Below, piece after piece: positions 1 through 11,318 of a stretch of DNA of 64,000 nt; the first letter of the stretch is position 1; every line of letters starts with the position of its first letter. A model generated the notes under the pieces. It searched no databases, was not told the origin of the DNA, and worked only from the letters and a program-made list of their open reading frames with translations. Made by a program: the position numbers and the translations under genes. Origin of the DNA: Azonexus sp. (lineage in GTDB: Bacteria > Pseudomonadota > Gammaproteobacteria > Burkholderiales > Rhodocyclaceae); the NCBI GenBank assembly GCA_017983615.1, contig JAGOBB010000009.1, positions 6,257 through 70,256 on the forward strand, given 5' to 3'.

Positions 1-115
1 CCGATGACGCCGCTCTTGCACTGGGCGATGACGAGATCCGGGTTGGAGACGATGAACATCGGTGCGCACAGCACCGGCAATGACAGGTTCTTGTTCAGGG
101 ACGCCGGGATCGCCA

Positions 116-1774
116 TCAACCCTCCTCCTTCAAGGCGCGACGCAGGATCTTGCCGACATTGGTACGCGGCAGGTCATCGCGGAATTCAACGTGCTTCGGA
201 CACTTGTAGCCGGTCAGCAGGCCACGGCAATGCTCAATCAGCATTTTCTCGGTGACCGCCGGGTCCTTGCGGACGACGAAAATCTTCACCGCCTCGCCGG
301 AATGTTCGTCGGCGACGCCGATGGCCGCCACATCACGGACCCCGGGGTGCATGGCGACAGCTTCCTCGACTTCGTTCGGATACACGTTGAAGCCGGAAAC
401 GAGGATCATGTCCTTCTTGCGGTCGACCAGAAAGACAAAGCCTTTCTTGTCGACGTAGCCCATGTCGCCGGTGCGCAGGAAACGGTCTGCATGAAAGACC
501 AGATCAGTCTCGTCCGGGCGCTGCCAGTAGCCCTTCATGACCTGGGGGCCGCGAATGCAAATTTCGCCGATCTGGCCCTGCGGCACTTCGCTGCCGACGT
601 CGTCGCGGATCGAGACCTCGGTCGACGAAATCGGCAGGCCGATGGAACCGTTGAAGTCCTGCATATCGAGCGGATTGATCGTTGCTGCCGGCGAGGTCTC
701 GGTCAGGCCGTAGGCCTGCAGCAGCGGCGAGCCGGTCACCTTCAGCCAGCGGTCGGCAACCGGCCCCTGCACCGCCATGCCACCGCCGAGCGTGACGCGC
801 ATGGTCGAAAAATCGAGCTTGGCGAAATCGGGATTGTTGAGCAGCGCGTTGAACAGCGTGTTGACACCGGTCACCACCGTCACCGGGTACTTGCCCCACT
901 CCTTGACGAAGCCGGGAATGTCGCGCGGGTTGGCGATCAGCAGATTGCGGGCGCCGACCATCAGGAAGGTCAGGCAGTTCGCCGTCAGCGCGAAGATGTG
1001 ATACAGCGGCAAGGCCGTCAGGATCAGCTCTTCGCCCTCGCGGATCACCGGCTTGATCCAGCGGTGGGCCTGCGTGACGTTGGAGGCAATGTTGGCGTGG
1101 GTCAGCATGGCGCCCTTGGAAACGCCGGTGGTGCCGCCGGTGTATTGCAGGAAGGCGATGTCGTCGCGTTCAAGCGGCACCGGCTGCCAGCCGTGTTTGC
1201 GGCCGGCGGCCAGCGCGCTGTTGAAGCGGATCGCAGCCGGCAGGTTCCAGACCGGCACCAGCTTCTTGACGTGGCGGACGACGAAATTGACGATGTGGCC
1301 CTTGACGCCCAGCATCTCGCCCATCGGCGTGACGATGATGTGCTTGATCGCGGTGTGGGCGACGATCTGGTCGAGCGTGTGGGCGAAGTTCTCGACGATG
1401 ACGATGGCCGTCGCGCCGGAATCCTTCAACTGGTGTTCCAGTTCGCGCGGCGTGTACAGCGGGTTGCAATTGACCACGATGCAGCCGGCCCGCAGGGTGC
1501 CGAACAGCGCCACCGGATATTGCAGCAGGTTGGGCATCATCAGCGCAACGCGCTCGCCCTTCTTCAGGCCCTTGCTCTGCAGCCAGCCGGCGAAGGCCTT
1601 GCTGTCCTCATCCAGCTGGCGATAGGTCATCTCCTTGCCCATGCTGATGTAGGCAACCTTGTCGGCATAGCTGGCGCAGGCCTGCTCGAACAGCGCAACC
1701 AGCGAGGGAATGTGCTCGATGTCGATCTCCGCCGGCACACCGGCGGGATAACTTTGCAGCCAGATCTTTTCCAT
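116..1774 (-). CDS. fadD: Long-chain fatty acid--CoA ligase
   Basis: [17 protein letters not shown]-binding motif, [23 protein letters not shown]; ATG at 1774 follows a GAGGAG RBS. Confidence 0.95.
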   Translation of the reverse strand: MEKIWLQSYPAGVPAEIDIEHIPSLVALFEQACASYADKVAYISMGKEMTYRQLDEDSKAFAGWLQSKGLKKGERVALMMPNLLQYPVALFGTLRAGCIVVNCNPLYTPRELEHQLKDSGATAIVIVENFAHTLDQIVAHTAIKHIIVTPMGEMLGVKGHIVNFVVRHVKKLVPVWNLPAAIRFNSALAAGRKHGWQPVPLERDDIAFLQYTGGTTGVSKGAMLTHANIASNVTQAHRWIKPVIREGEELILTALPLYHIFALTANCLTFLMVGARNLLIANPRDIPGFVKEWGKYPVTVVTGVNTLFNALLNNPDFAKLDFSTMRVTLGGGMAVQGPVADRWLKVTGSPLLQAYGLTETSPAATINPLDMQDFNGSIGLPISSTEVSIRDDVGSEVPQGQIGEICIRGPQVMKGYWQRPDETDLVFHADRFLRTGDMGYVDKKGFVFLVDRKKDMILVSGFNVYPNEVEEAVAMHPGVRDVAAIGVADEHSGEAVKIFVVRKDPAVTEKMLIEHCRGLLTGYKCPKHVEFRDDLPRTNVGKILRRALKEEG

Positions 1775-1798
1775 TTTTGTCTCCTCCTCTTTGGCCAA

Positions 1799-2374
1799 TC
1801 AACCGCCGAGCAGCGCCTTCTTCAGCGAGGCGTCCGCCGGTTTGTCGCCCAGCCAGACCTTGAGCAGCGCTTTCGCGAAGCCCGGCCCGGCCACCTTGCC
1901 GCGTGTTTCGCCATTCAGGCCGACGGTAACGCCGTCCGCCGAAAAATCTATGGCAATGGTATCCCCTTCCCGCGCCTTGCCGATACCTTTCATGATGCCG
2001 GCCAACTGGTCGGCCTGCGGCTTCATGTCGGCCAGTTCGGCCGGGCTGTGGTTGTTGCGCAGGCCCTCGTCCATGGCCGAGGCCAGCGTTTCGGCGTCGA
2101 GATCGCGCAACAGGCGCATGACGATGCGGCGCGGTTGCGTGCTGTCGATGATCGCCGCCGGGTTGGTCGACTTCTGGCCAACGTAGAGCGCACCGACGTA
2201 AACCTTGATGAACAGCTTGCTGCGCAGCCCGGCCCCGTTGAGCAGCAGTTCACTGCCGCCGACGCGCAAACTGTCGTCCACTTTCACGCCGGCCACTTCA
2301 GCGGCGTGCAGGCCCGGCGCGGCAAGCAAGGCAGCGATCAGCGCAGCCTGGCGAACGCTTGTCGATGAAATCAT
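1799..2374 (-). CDS. Chalcone isomerase-fold protein with N-terminal signal peptide
   Basis: LLLNGAGLRSKLFIKVYVGALY and FAKALLKVWLGDKP...LKKALLG resemble the bacterial CHI-like family; hydrophobic leader ending GLHA-AE. Confidence 0.85.
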   Translation of the reverse strand: MISSTSVRQAALIAALLAAPGLHAAEVAGVKVDDSLRVGGSELLLNGAGLRSKLFIKVYVGALYVGQKSTNPAAIIDSTQPRRIVMRLLRDLDAETLASAMDEGLRNNHSPAELADMKPQADQLAGIMKGIGKAREGDTIAIDFSADGVTVGLNGETRGKVAGPGFAKALLKVWLGDKPADASLKKALLGG

Positions 2375-2886
2375 GGTTTGTCTCCTCCACCGCTCTTCTG
2401 GCGGTAATGGTTTTTTTCGGCAATGTAGACCGTGCGTTCGACGACGGCGTGCACGGTGCCGTGTTTGTCTTTCAATTCGACCACGTAGGTCCGTTCAAGC
2501 TCCGGGTATTTCGCCAGTTCGGTGCGGATTTCGGCGACTTCCGCGTCGCTGAGCAGGAAATCGGCATACAGCGTCGAGAAGCCCGGCTTCTTGTAGCGGA
2601 TGCTGGCCGCCTTGTCCCAGACGATGTAGCCCTTGCCCAACGCCGCCATCAGCATCATCGGATGCGCCCCGTCGGTGATCGCGAACAGCGAGCCACCGTA
2701 GAGCGAGCCGACGATGTTCTTGGTCCGCCACGTTAGCGGCAGGTTGACCCTGATGTGACGCAAGTCCGGCGAAACATGGACAACCCGCCCGCCGGTGCCA
2801 CGAAAGGCTGGATGGAAGTTGAACCCCAGCCGCACCATGCGGGCGCGCCAGACGGGAGGGAGTTTGGCCAGCCAGGCGGGCTTCAT
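2371..2886 (-). CDS. Hotdog-fold thioesterase-like protein (DUF4442/YiiD-C type)
   Basis: NIVGSLYGGSLFAITD and YIVWDKAASIRYKKPG; 4-nt overlap with the downstream gene. Confidence 0.8.
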   Translation of the reverse strand: MKPAWLAKLPPVWRARMVRLGFNFHPAFRGTGGRVVHVSPDLRHIRVNLPLTWRTKNIVGSLYGGSLFAITDGAHPMMLMAALGKGYIVWDKAASIRYKKPGFSTLYADFLLSDAEVAEIRTELAKYPELERTYVVELKDKHGTVHAVVERTVYIAEKNHYRQKSGGGDKP

Positions 2887-2890
2887 GGGC

Positions 2891-2904
2891 AAATGCTACG
2901 GTCG
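2891..2904 (+). repeat. Dispersed motif copy 1 (candidate DNA uptake sequence)
   Basis: AAATGCTACGGTCG gcc ATTTTTTT gggc AAAAAT; intergenic. Confidence 0.9.
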
Positions 2905-2941
2905 GCCATTTTTTTGGGCAAAAATCAAAATCGGCTCCGCC

Positions 2942-4138
<1,197 letters not shown>

Positions 4139-4161
4139 TTTTATTTGTCTCCTCAACCCGA

Positions 4162-6561
4162 TTAATTACGCAAAGGCTTGCCGGTTTCTAGCATGTGCTT
4201 GATCCGGGCCTGGGTTTCGGGGGTTTTCAGCAGTTCGACGAACAGGCGGCGCTCGGTGGTGATCAGCCATTCCTCGTCGACCCGGCTGCCGGTCTCGACC
4301 TCGCCGCCACACAGCGCGATGGCGGCGGCCTTGGCGACCTTGTAGTCGTGGGCCGAGATCATGCCGCCCTCTTTCATGTTGACCAGCATCATCTCGAATG
4401 TCGCGATGCCGGTCTTGCCGGCGACCGGGATGTCGCGCGCCATCGGCGGTGGCGCGTAGCCGGCGTCGGCCATCGTGCGCGCCTCCCTTATCGCCACCCA
4501 GAGCAGCTCCTGGGGGTTGAACAGGATGGTGTCGGTCGGCTTGGCGAAGCCGAAATCAACGGTCTCGACAGCACTCTTGGCGACCTTGGCCATGGCGATG
4601 GTCTGGAACACCGGCTGCAGGTAGTTGAAGACCTCGCCCGGCGTCGCCGATTGCGCTGCCCACTCGGCGGCACGGACTGCGAACTCCTTGCAGCCGCCGC
4701 CGGCCGGGATCACCCCGACACCGGCTTCGACCAGCCCGACGTAGCTCTCCAGCGCCATGACCCGCTTGCCGGCGTGCATGACGAATTCGCAACCACCGCC
4801 CAGCGCCATGCCCTGCACCGCGGCGACGACCGGCACCTGCGCGTATTTCAGCGTCTGCGAGGCGCGCTGGAATTTCTCGATGGTCTGCTCCAGCCGATCG
4901 AACTGGCCGGCCGCGCAAGCCTCGGAAACCTGGGCCAGGTTGGCGCCGACGGCAAACGGCGGTTCGTGCCAGATAACCACGCCATCGAGCGTCGTCTCAG
5001 CCTGGCGGACGGCGGTGATCACGCCATCGAGCACCTCGTCGCCGATGGTATGCATCTTGGACTTGAAGGACAGGATGCCGATGCCACGGTCGACCGCTGG
5101 CAGGCACCAGAGGCGCACGCCGTCGTTTTCGTAAAGCGTCTCGCCGGATTTCTGATGACTGGAAGCCCCTTCGCCAAACACGCTTTCCGGGAAGAGCTGG
5201 CGCTGATAGACGGGCAGCGTCGAGCGGTCGACGTAACGCTTGTCGCGCGCCGACCACGAACCGAACGGCGTATGCACGCCTTCGCGGCCGCTTTCCAGCA
5301 CCCAGGCCGGCAGCGGCGTGCTGCCCATGGCCTTGCCGGCTGCGATATCGGCGGCAATGGCGCCGGCAATGTCGGCCCAGCCGGCCGCCTGCCAGGTCTC
5401 GAACGGCCCCTGCGCCCAGCCGAAGCCCCAGCGCATGGCGAAATCGACATCGCGGGCGTTGTCGGCGATGTTTTCCAGCTGTACGGCGCAGTAGTGGAAA
5501 ACGTCGCGGAAGATGGCCCACAGGAACTGCGCCTGCGGGTGGCCCGAGGCGCGCAGCGCGGCGAACTTCTCGGCCGGCGACTTGATCTTCAGGATGGCGG
5601 CGACCTCCTCGGCCACTTCGCCGGCCGAGGCACGGTAATTCTGTAGCCCGAGGTCGAGCACCTGGATTTCCTTGCCCTGCTTGCGGAAGATGCCGCAGCG
5701 CGTTTTCTGGCCGAGGGCGCCCTGATCGATCAGCGCCTTGAGCCAGACCGGCACGTTGAAATGGCCGTGCCACGGGTCGTCCGGCAGGGTGTCCCGCATC
5801 GTACCGATGGCGTGAGCGAGGATATCGAGGCCCACGACATCGCCGGTCCGGTAGGTGGCGCTCTTCGGGCGGCCGATCTTCGGGCCGGTCAGCGCATCGA
5901 CCTCATCGAAACCAAGGCCGAAGGCGGCGGTGTGGTGCATGACGGCGAGGATCGAGAAAACGCCGATCCGGTTGGCGACGAAGTTGGGCGTATCCAGCGC
6001 GCGGATGACGCTCTTGCCGAGGCGTGAGGTCAGCCAGGTTTCCAGTGCATCGAGCGTGCCGGCATCGGTGCCTTCGGTGCCGATGATCTCGACCAGCGGC
6101 ATGTAGCGCGGCGGATTGAAGAAGTGGATGCCGCAGAAACGCGGCCGGACGGCTTCCGGCAAGCCCTGCGCCAGCGTGTTCATCGACAGGCCGGAGGTGT
6201 TGGAAGCAACGATGGCCTGCGGCCCGAGGTGCGGCGCGATCTTGGCGTAGAGGTCGCTCTTCCAGTCCATGCGTTCGGCGATGGCCTCGATAACCAGATC
6301 GCAGTCGGCCAGCAGCGGCAGGTGCTCCTCGTAATTGGCGGCATCGATGGTTTTCAGCTTGCCCTTGCCGGCCAGCGGCGCCGGGTCAAGCTTCTTCAAT
6401 CCTTCGATGGCCTTGAGCACGATACCGTTCTTGTCGCCATCCTTGGCCGGCAGGTCGAACAGCACCACCGGCACGTCGGCATTGGCCAGGTGCGCCGCAA
6501 TCTGCGCCCCCATCACCCCCGCGCCCAACACGGCAGCTTTCTTCACAATCAGCTTGTTCAA
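4162..6561 (-). CDS. 3-hydroxyacyl-CoA dehydrogenase/enoyl-CoA hydratase (dehydrogenase-first, FadN-type)
   Basis: GAGVMG, SNTSGL, HFFNPP at the N-terminus; ALGGGCE crotonase motif at the C-terminus; TTG start after AAGGAG. Confidence 0.92.
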   Translation of the reverse strand: MNKLIVKKAAVLGAGVMGAQIAAHLANADVPVVLFDLPAKDGDKNGIVLKAIEGLKKLDPAPLAGKGKLKTIDAANYEEHLPLLADCDLVIEAIAERMDWKSDLYAKIAPHLGPQAIVASNTSGLSMNTLAQGLPEAVRPRFCGIHFFNPPRYMPLVEIIGTEGTDAGTLDALETWLTSRLGKSVIRALDTPNFVANRIGVFSILAVMHHTAAFGLGFDEVDALTGPKIGRPKSATYRTGDVVGLDILAHAIGTMRDTLPDDPWHGHFNVPVWLKALIDQGALGQKTRCGIFRKQGKEIQVLDLGLQNYRASAGEVAEEVAAILKIKSPAEKFAALRASGHPQAQFLWAIFRDVFHYCAVQLENIADNARDVDFAMRWGFGWAQGPFETWQAAGWADIAGAIAADIAAGKAMGSTPLPAWVLESGREGVHTPFGSWSARDKRYVDRSTLPVYQRQLFPESVFGEGASSHQKSGETLYENDGVRLWCLPAVDRGIGILSFKSKMHTIGDEVLDGVITAVRQAETTLDGVVIWHEPPFAVGANLAQVSEACAAGQFDRLEQTIEKFQRASQTLKYAQVPVVAAVQGMALGGGCEFVMHAGKRVMALESYVGLVEAGVGVIPAGGGCKEFAVRAAEWAAQSATPGEVFNYLQPVFQTIAMAKVAKSAVETVDFGFAKPTDTILFNPQELLWVAIREARTMADAGYAPPPMARDIPVAGKTGIATFEMMLVNMKEGGMISAHDYKVAKAAAIALCGGEVETGSRVDEEWLITTERRLFVELLKTPETQARIKHMLETGKPLRN

Positions 6562-6599
6562 GCTTGTCTCCTTTGGTCTCTTTTTACGGCTTTGCCAAT

Positions 6600-6617
6600 A
6601 TAAAACGAACGTTTGAA
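6600..6617. promoter_or_regulatory. PsrA-type operator
   Basis: ATAAAACGAACGTTTGAA matches the palindrome TTCAAACGnnCGTTTGAA; lies upstream of the FadN-type gene. Confidence 0.75.
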
Positions 6618-6629
6618 TTATAGATCGGC

Positions 6630-6643
6630 AAATGCTACGGTCA
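6630..6643 (+). repeat. Dispersed motif copy 2
   Basis: AAATGCTACGGTCA agctg TTTT ctggcc AAATTT; intergenic. Confidence 0.9.
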
Positions 6644-6665
6644 AGCTGTTTTCTGGCCAAATTTC

Positions 6666-6691
6666 AAAAAAATCCCCGGACGAACCGGGGA
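6666..6691 (-). terminator. Intrinsic terminator after fadL
   Basis: TCCCCGG-5 nt loop-CCGGGGA hairpin followed by a T run on the minus strand. Confidence 0.7.
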
Positions 6692-6715
6692 CGAAGTACG
6701 CAGGGAATGCTGCCG

Positions 6716-7996
6716 TCAGAAGACCATCGAGACTTGGGCACCGAAAATCCAGGCACTGTCTTCGTAGGTACCGGTAATCCGGCCGCGACCGGCAGCCGCC
6801 TGATCGTTGTCGATCTTCGTGTCGCTGACGTACAGATAGGTTGCTCCAACATCCAGGGTTACGTTCTGCGACTGCTTCCATTGGGCACCGATGCTGAACC
6901 AGGTCCGGTCATTGTCAGGCAGCGAAACCAACCGTGTCGAAGCCCCCTTGACCGGCGTCTGGTCGTAGGCGATGCCGCCCTTGAGCAGCCATTCGTTGTT
7001 CAGCTTGTAATTGGCACCGAGCGCGACACGCCAGGTATCGCGAAAATCCGTATCGAGAACCTGAGCAATGCTGCCGGCCGGGAAAAAGCCGTTCAGCGTG
7101 GCTGAAGCGCGAACGATATCAACCTTCGGGATGCTGCTCCACCCGGTCCAGGAAATGTCGCCAAGCAACTCGACACGATCAGTCAGTTTGTGCGTCGCGC
7201 TCAACGTGGCGATGTCCGGCAGCGTGATCGAGGCCTTGGCATCCGAGCTGTTGGTCGCCAGCGGACCGGTGATCACAATGTCGCCCTTGGTGCTGTACCG
7301 AACCTTGGAACGGTAGGACAGACCCACCTTGGTCTGCGGAGTCACATTGAACAGTGCGCCAACATTCCATCCCCAGGAATCGTCGTCGAGGGTCAGTTTG
7401 AGCGGCGAAGCAACCCCGGCGGCGCTCACGGCAGTCAGGCGCTTGTAGGTTGCCTCAACACGTTGCCAGTTAAGGCCGGCACCCAGCGAGACCGTGTCGT
7501 TGACCCGGTAGGCGATCGACGGGTTCAAGTTGTAGGTCTTGACCTCGAAACTTGTCGACTGCGCCGCGCCAACCCACTGGCTGTCATAAGACGTCTTCAA
7601 GCCAAAGGGTGCCCCCAGGCCGAGACCGAGATACAGATCCTTGTTCAACTGCCACGACACGTAGCCGTTGGGAATAAAGCCCAGGTCGCCGCCATCACCG
7701 CCGCTTCCCGTCCCCGTCAGAAAGCCGGTCGAAGTCGATCCCTGGTCGGTGAACTGGAAGCTGGTACCAACCACACTCAGACCACCGGAAACCTGCAAGC
7801 CCTGCAGTTGCGTCATGCCCGCCGGATTGTAGAAAACGGTGCTGGCGTTCTCGGCGACCGCTGCCGAACCGGCGTAGGCGTTCCCGATGCCGCTGGCGTT
7901 CTGCTCCAGCAACTGAAAGCCGGCGGCCGCAGCGCTGCCGGAAAATGCGACCGCGATCAATATCGGGATCAGGCGCGGGGTGATGACTGTTTGCAT
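6716..7996 (-). CDS. fadL: Outer-membrane long-chain fatty acid transporter (FadL/OmpP1 family)
   Basis: Signal peptide, AGFQLLEQNASGIGNAYAG, NPAGMT, PDNDRTW, C-terminal Phe. Confidence 0.93.
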   Translation of the reverse strand: MQTVITPRLIPILIAVAFSGSAAAAGFQLLEQNASGIGNAYAGSAAVAENASTVFYNPAGMTQLQGLQVSGGLSVVGTSFQFTDQGSTSTGFLTGTGSGGDGGDLGFIPNGYVSWQLNKDLYLGLGLGAPFGLKTSYDSQWVGAAQSTSFEVKTYNLNPSIAYRVNDTVSLGAGLNWQRVEATYKRLTAVSAAGVASPLKLTLDDDSWGWNVGALFNVTPQTKVGLSYRSKVRYSTKGDIVITGPLATNSSDAKASITLPDIATLSATHKLTDRVELLGDISWTGWSSIPKVDIVRASATLNGFFPAGSIAQVLDTDFRDTWRVALGANYKLNNEWLLKGGIAYDQTPVKGASTRLVSLPDNDRTWFSIGAQWKQSQNVTLDVGATYLYVSDTKIDNDQAAAGRGRITGTYEDSAWIFGAQVSMVF

Positions 7997-8060
7997 TGGT
8001 ATGTCTCCTGTCTTGTATGTTTGCGGGAATGCCTCCCAGTACTGCCGACAACGATTAGAT

Positions 8061-8117
8061 CTCAAACAGGCGTTTTAAATTTTGTTTCAAATGCTGTTTT
8101 TCAAACGAGCGTTGGAA
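8061..8117. promoter_or_regulatory. Two PsrA-type operators upstream of fadL
   Basis: CTCAAACAGGCGTTTTAA (8061-8078) and TTCAAACGAGCGTTGGAA (8100-8117). Confidence 0.7.
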
Positions 8118-8127
8118 TTTAACAACA

Positions 8128-10029
8128 CTAATTTTTCAGGCGGCGGTAGTGCAACGGCCCGCCGGTAAAGGGCGCAAAACCGGTACCGAAAATCACCCCG
8201 GCGTCGGCCAGATCGGCGTCGGCGACGATGCCGTCTCCCACCAGCCTTTCCGTGCGCGCGATCAGCGGTTCGACCAGGCGTTCGGCGAGTCCTTCCGGAA
8301 TCTGGCCGGGTGTAGCCTTCGCCGCCCGCCCGCCCGACCAGTCGTAGAAACCCATGCCGCTCTTCTTGCCGAACTGCTTGCGCTCGACATTACGCAGCAG
8401 ACAATGCGGCGCTTCATCTCCGTCGGCCAGTTGCTTGCCGGCCGCCAGCGCGATGTCGAGGCCGACCGTATCGGCCAGTTCTATCGGTCCCATCGGCATG
8501 CCGAAGGCGAGCATGGCTTCGTCCACGGTTTCCGGGCTGATTCCGCTGTCGACCGTGCGCATGGCCTCGAGCATGTAGGGCGCCAGCACGGCATTGACCA
8601 GGAAGCCCGGCGCGCTTTTCACTGGCAGCGGCAGCTTGTCGATCTGCCGGACAAAGGCGCAGGCAGCCTGGACAGCGGCCGGATCAGCACCGTCCGCCCC
8701 GACGACTTCGACCAGAGGCATCATTGCCACCGGGTTGAAGAAGTGGATGCCGACCAGGCGTTCGGGTTTTTCCAGCACCGTACGCAGGGCTTCAATTTTC
8801 AGGCTGGAGGTGTTGGTGGCGAGCACCGCGCCCGGTTTGAGCTTAGGTTCCAGTGCCTTGAACAGCGCATGCTTCGCCTCGACACTCTCGAAGATGGCTT
8901 CGATGACGACGTCGGCGTGGGCGGCGCCGTCGCCATTGGGGTCTGGAATCATCCGGTCGCTGGCATCGCGGATCTTCAGCGGATCACGCAGTCGTTTGGC
9001 GAACAGCTCGGTCGCCCGCTTGTAGGCCGGCAGAATGCGTTCCAGCGTCTGGTCCTGCAGCGTCACGGTCAGGCCACGCAGGGCGCACCAGGCGGCGATG
9101 TCGCCGCCCATGACGCCGGCGCCGATGACATGCACCCGCTGCGCCTTGAAATCGCACGCCTTGCCGAAGCCCTTCAGGCGCTCCTGCAGGAAGAAGACAC
9201 GAACCAGGTTGCGCGCCGTCGGCGACTGGATGATGCGGTCGACCACGTCCGGCGCAGCCAGCGCGTTGCCGTCGTGTTTGGCCCACAGGTCGATGATCGC
9301 GTAAGGCGCCGGATAATGTTCCGGCCGCGCCTTCCTGGCCACCTGCTTGCGAGCACCGTTGGCGACGATGAACTTGAGCGGGCCATTCAGCAGCCGTTGC
9401 ACGAAAGGCAGCGGGCGACGCGACTGGCCGGAAAGCACCAGCTGCCGGGCGGCGACGTCCATGACGCGCGGCGGCACACAGTCGTCGGCCAGGCCCATTT
9501 TCTTCGCCCGCCGGGCATCGATGGTCTTGCCGGTCAGCATCAGGTCCAGAGCGGCAGCCGGTCCAACCCGCCGCGGCAAACGCCGCATTCCGCCCCAGCC
9601 GGGGAAGATGCCAAGCATGACTTCGGGCAAGCCCATCTTCGTCCCGGGTTCGTCGACCGCCAGCAAATAGCGGCAGGCCAGCGCCAGTTCGAGCCCGCCG
9701 CCCAGGCAATGACCGCGGACCAGCGCCAGCGTCGGGTAAGGAACGGCGACCAGCCGGTTGAACAAGTCCCAGCCGCGTGCGACCAGTTCCCGGCCCTTTT
9801 CCGGCGTGTCGAGCTGCGTGAATTCCTCGATGTCGGCACCGGCGACGAAGCCCGCCTCCTTGCCGGAACGGACGATCAGTCCGGCCGGCGGGTCCAGTTC
9901 GAGCTGGTCGAGGATGACCGCGAATTCGGCCATCACTTCGGCCGACAGCGAATTGGCCGCTTCGCCCACCTTGTCCAGCGTGGCGACGACGATGCCGCTC
10001 TCTTCCTTGATCAGTTGCCAGTGTTTCAT
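8128..10029 (-). CDS. Enoyl-CoA hydratase/3-hydroxyacyl-CoA dehydrogenase (FadJ/FadB-type)
   Basis: FVAGADI, CLGGGLE, GAGVMGG, TNTSSL, HFFNPV, GTGFAPFTGGP; ATG overlaps the thiolase stop. Confidence 0.92.
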   Translation of the reverse strand: MKHWQLIKEESGIVVATLDKVGEAANSLSAEVMAEFAVILDQLELDPPAGLIVRSGKEAGFVAGADIEEFTQLDTPEKGRELVARGWDLFNRLVAVPYPTLALVRGHCLGGGLELALACRYLLAVDEPGTKMGLPEVMLGIFPGWGGMRRLPRRVGPAAALDLMLTGKTIDARRAKKMGLADDCVPPRVMDVAARQLVLSGQSRRPLPFVQRLLNGPLKFIVANGARKQVARKARPEHYPAPYAIIDLWAKHDGNALAAPDVVDRIIQSPTARNLVRVFFLQERLKGFGKACDFKAQRVHVIGAGVMGGDIAAWCALRGLTVTLQDQTLERILPAYKRATELFAKRLRDPLKIRDASDRMIPDPNGDGAAHADVVIEAIFESVEAKHALFKALEPKLKPGAVLATNTSSLKIEALRTVLEKPERLVGIHFFNPVAMMPLVEVVGADGADPAAVQAACAFVRQIDKLPLPVKSAPGFLVNAVLAPYMLEAMRTVDSGISPETVDEAMLAFGMPMGPIELADTVGLDIALAAGKQLADGDEAPHCLLRNVERKQFGKKSGMGFYDWSGGRAAKATPGQIPEGLAERLVEPLIARTERLVGDGIVADADLADAGVIFGTGFAPFTGGPLHYRRLKN

Positions 10030-11318
10030 TGGCAGGCCTCCACCAGCATGGCGCCACCGAGGCCGCCGCCGATGCAGATCGTGGCGACGCCGCGTCTGGC
10101 CTGATTGCGCCGCAACACATGGAGCAGGTGCAACACGATGCGGGCGCCGGAAGCGCCAACCGGATGACCGATGGACACCGCGCCGCCGTCGACGTTCAGG
10201 CGGTCGTCGGCGATGCTGCCAAAGGCGCCGGGCAGGCCGAGTTGCTCTCGACACCAGGCGGCGTCCTGCCAGGCGGCAAGGCAGCCGAGCACCTGGGCGG
10301 CGAAGGCTTCGTTGAGTTCCCAGTAGTCGATATCTGCCAGGCCCAGGCCGTGGCGTTGCAGCAGCGGCGTCGCGGCATGCACCGGGCCGAGGCCCATCTG
10401 CGCCGGATCGAGGCCGGCCCACTCGCTGTCGACGATCCGCCCCAGCGGCTTCAGGTCCCACTTGCTGACCGCCGCTTCCGAGGCGAGCAGCAGCAGGGCG
10501 GCGCCGTCGGTGATCTGCGAGCTATTGGCGGCGGTGATCCTGCCGTACTTCTTGTCGAAAAAAGGCTTCGGTTTGGCCATGCCTGCCATGCTGGCATCGG
10601 CGCGCACGCCGTCGTCTTCGGCGTGGATATTGCCACTGCCGTCAATCACCGGGACGATTTCGCCGAAGTGACTGGCGGCCCGGCCGGCCATCGCCTTCTG
10701 GTGGCTGCGCACGGCGAATTCATCCATCTGCTGGCGGTCAATACCAAATTTCCAGGCCAGGTTCTCGGCGGTCTGGCCCATCAGCAGGCCGACGACGGGG
10801 TCCGTCAGCCCCTTCATCAGACCGATGACCGGCGTCAGCAGCGCGGCCGGGCGCAATTTCAAAAAGTGCCCAAATTTTTGGCCGACCGTAGCTTTTGTCA
10901 TCATCGCGGCAAACCAGCGCACCATCGCGTCCGAATAGAGCAGGGGCGCGCGCGATAGCGCATCGACGCCGCCCGCCAGCACCAGTTCGGCCCTGCCGCG
11001 CTGGATATCGGCGATGGCCGAGTCGATGGCCTGCATGCCGGAAGCGCAGTTGCGCATCACCGTCCAGCCCGGCACCTTGTGGCCGCAGCCGAGACGCAGC
11101 GCGACCATGCGGCCGATGTTGGTTTCGTCCGGCGACGGCGCGGCGCAGCCGAGGATGACCTCGTCGAGATCGTCCGGCGCAAAGGGCTGGCGCAGCAACA
11201 GCGCCCTGCCCGCCTGCGTCGCCAGGTCGGAGGCCGCGAACGGCCCCGGCCCTTTCTGCGCCTTCAAGAACGGTGAGCGTGCACCGTCAACCACATAAAC
11301 GGGCGGATTCATGCTCAC
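10026..11318 (-). CDS. Acetyl-CoA C-acyltransferase (FadI-type thiolase)
   Basis: RNCASG, NEAFAAQ, GHPVGASG, CIGGGLG. Confidence 0.92.
   Translation of the reverse strand: MSMNPPVYVVDGARSPFLKAQKGPGPFAASDLATQAGRALLLRQPFAPDDLDEVILGCAAPSPDETNIGRMVALRLGCGHKVPGWTVMRNCASGMQAIDSAIADIQRGRAELVLAGGVDALSRAPLLYSDAMVRWFAAMMTKATVGQKFGHFLKLRPAALLTPVIGLMKGLTDPVVGLLMGQTAENLAWKFGIDRQQMDEFAVRSHQKAMAGRAASHFGEIVPVIDGSGNIHAEDDGVRADASMAGMAKPKPFFDKKYGRITAANSSQITDGAALLLLASEAAVSKWDLKPLGRIVDSEWAGLDPAQMGLGPVHAATPLLQRHGLGLADIDYWELNEAFAAQVLGCLAAWQDAAWCREQLGLPGAFGSIADDRLNVDGGAVSIGHPVGASGARIVLHLLHVLRRNQARRGVATICIGGGLGGAMLVEACQ
10883..10896 (-). repeat. Dispersed motif copy 3 (variant)
   Basis: AAAAGCTACGGTCG gcc AAAAATTT gggc ACTTTTT; inside the thiolase (KATVGQKFGHF). 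Confidence 0.85.

Noticed and set aside
62-2368. 768-aa plus-strand ORF, and similar long ORFs such as 8149-10104, 59119-61050 and 37095-38258
   Set aside because: Antisense shadows of well-supported genes in GC-rich DNA; no recognisable motifs.
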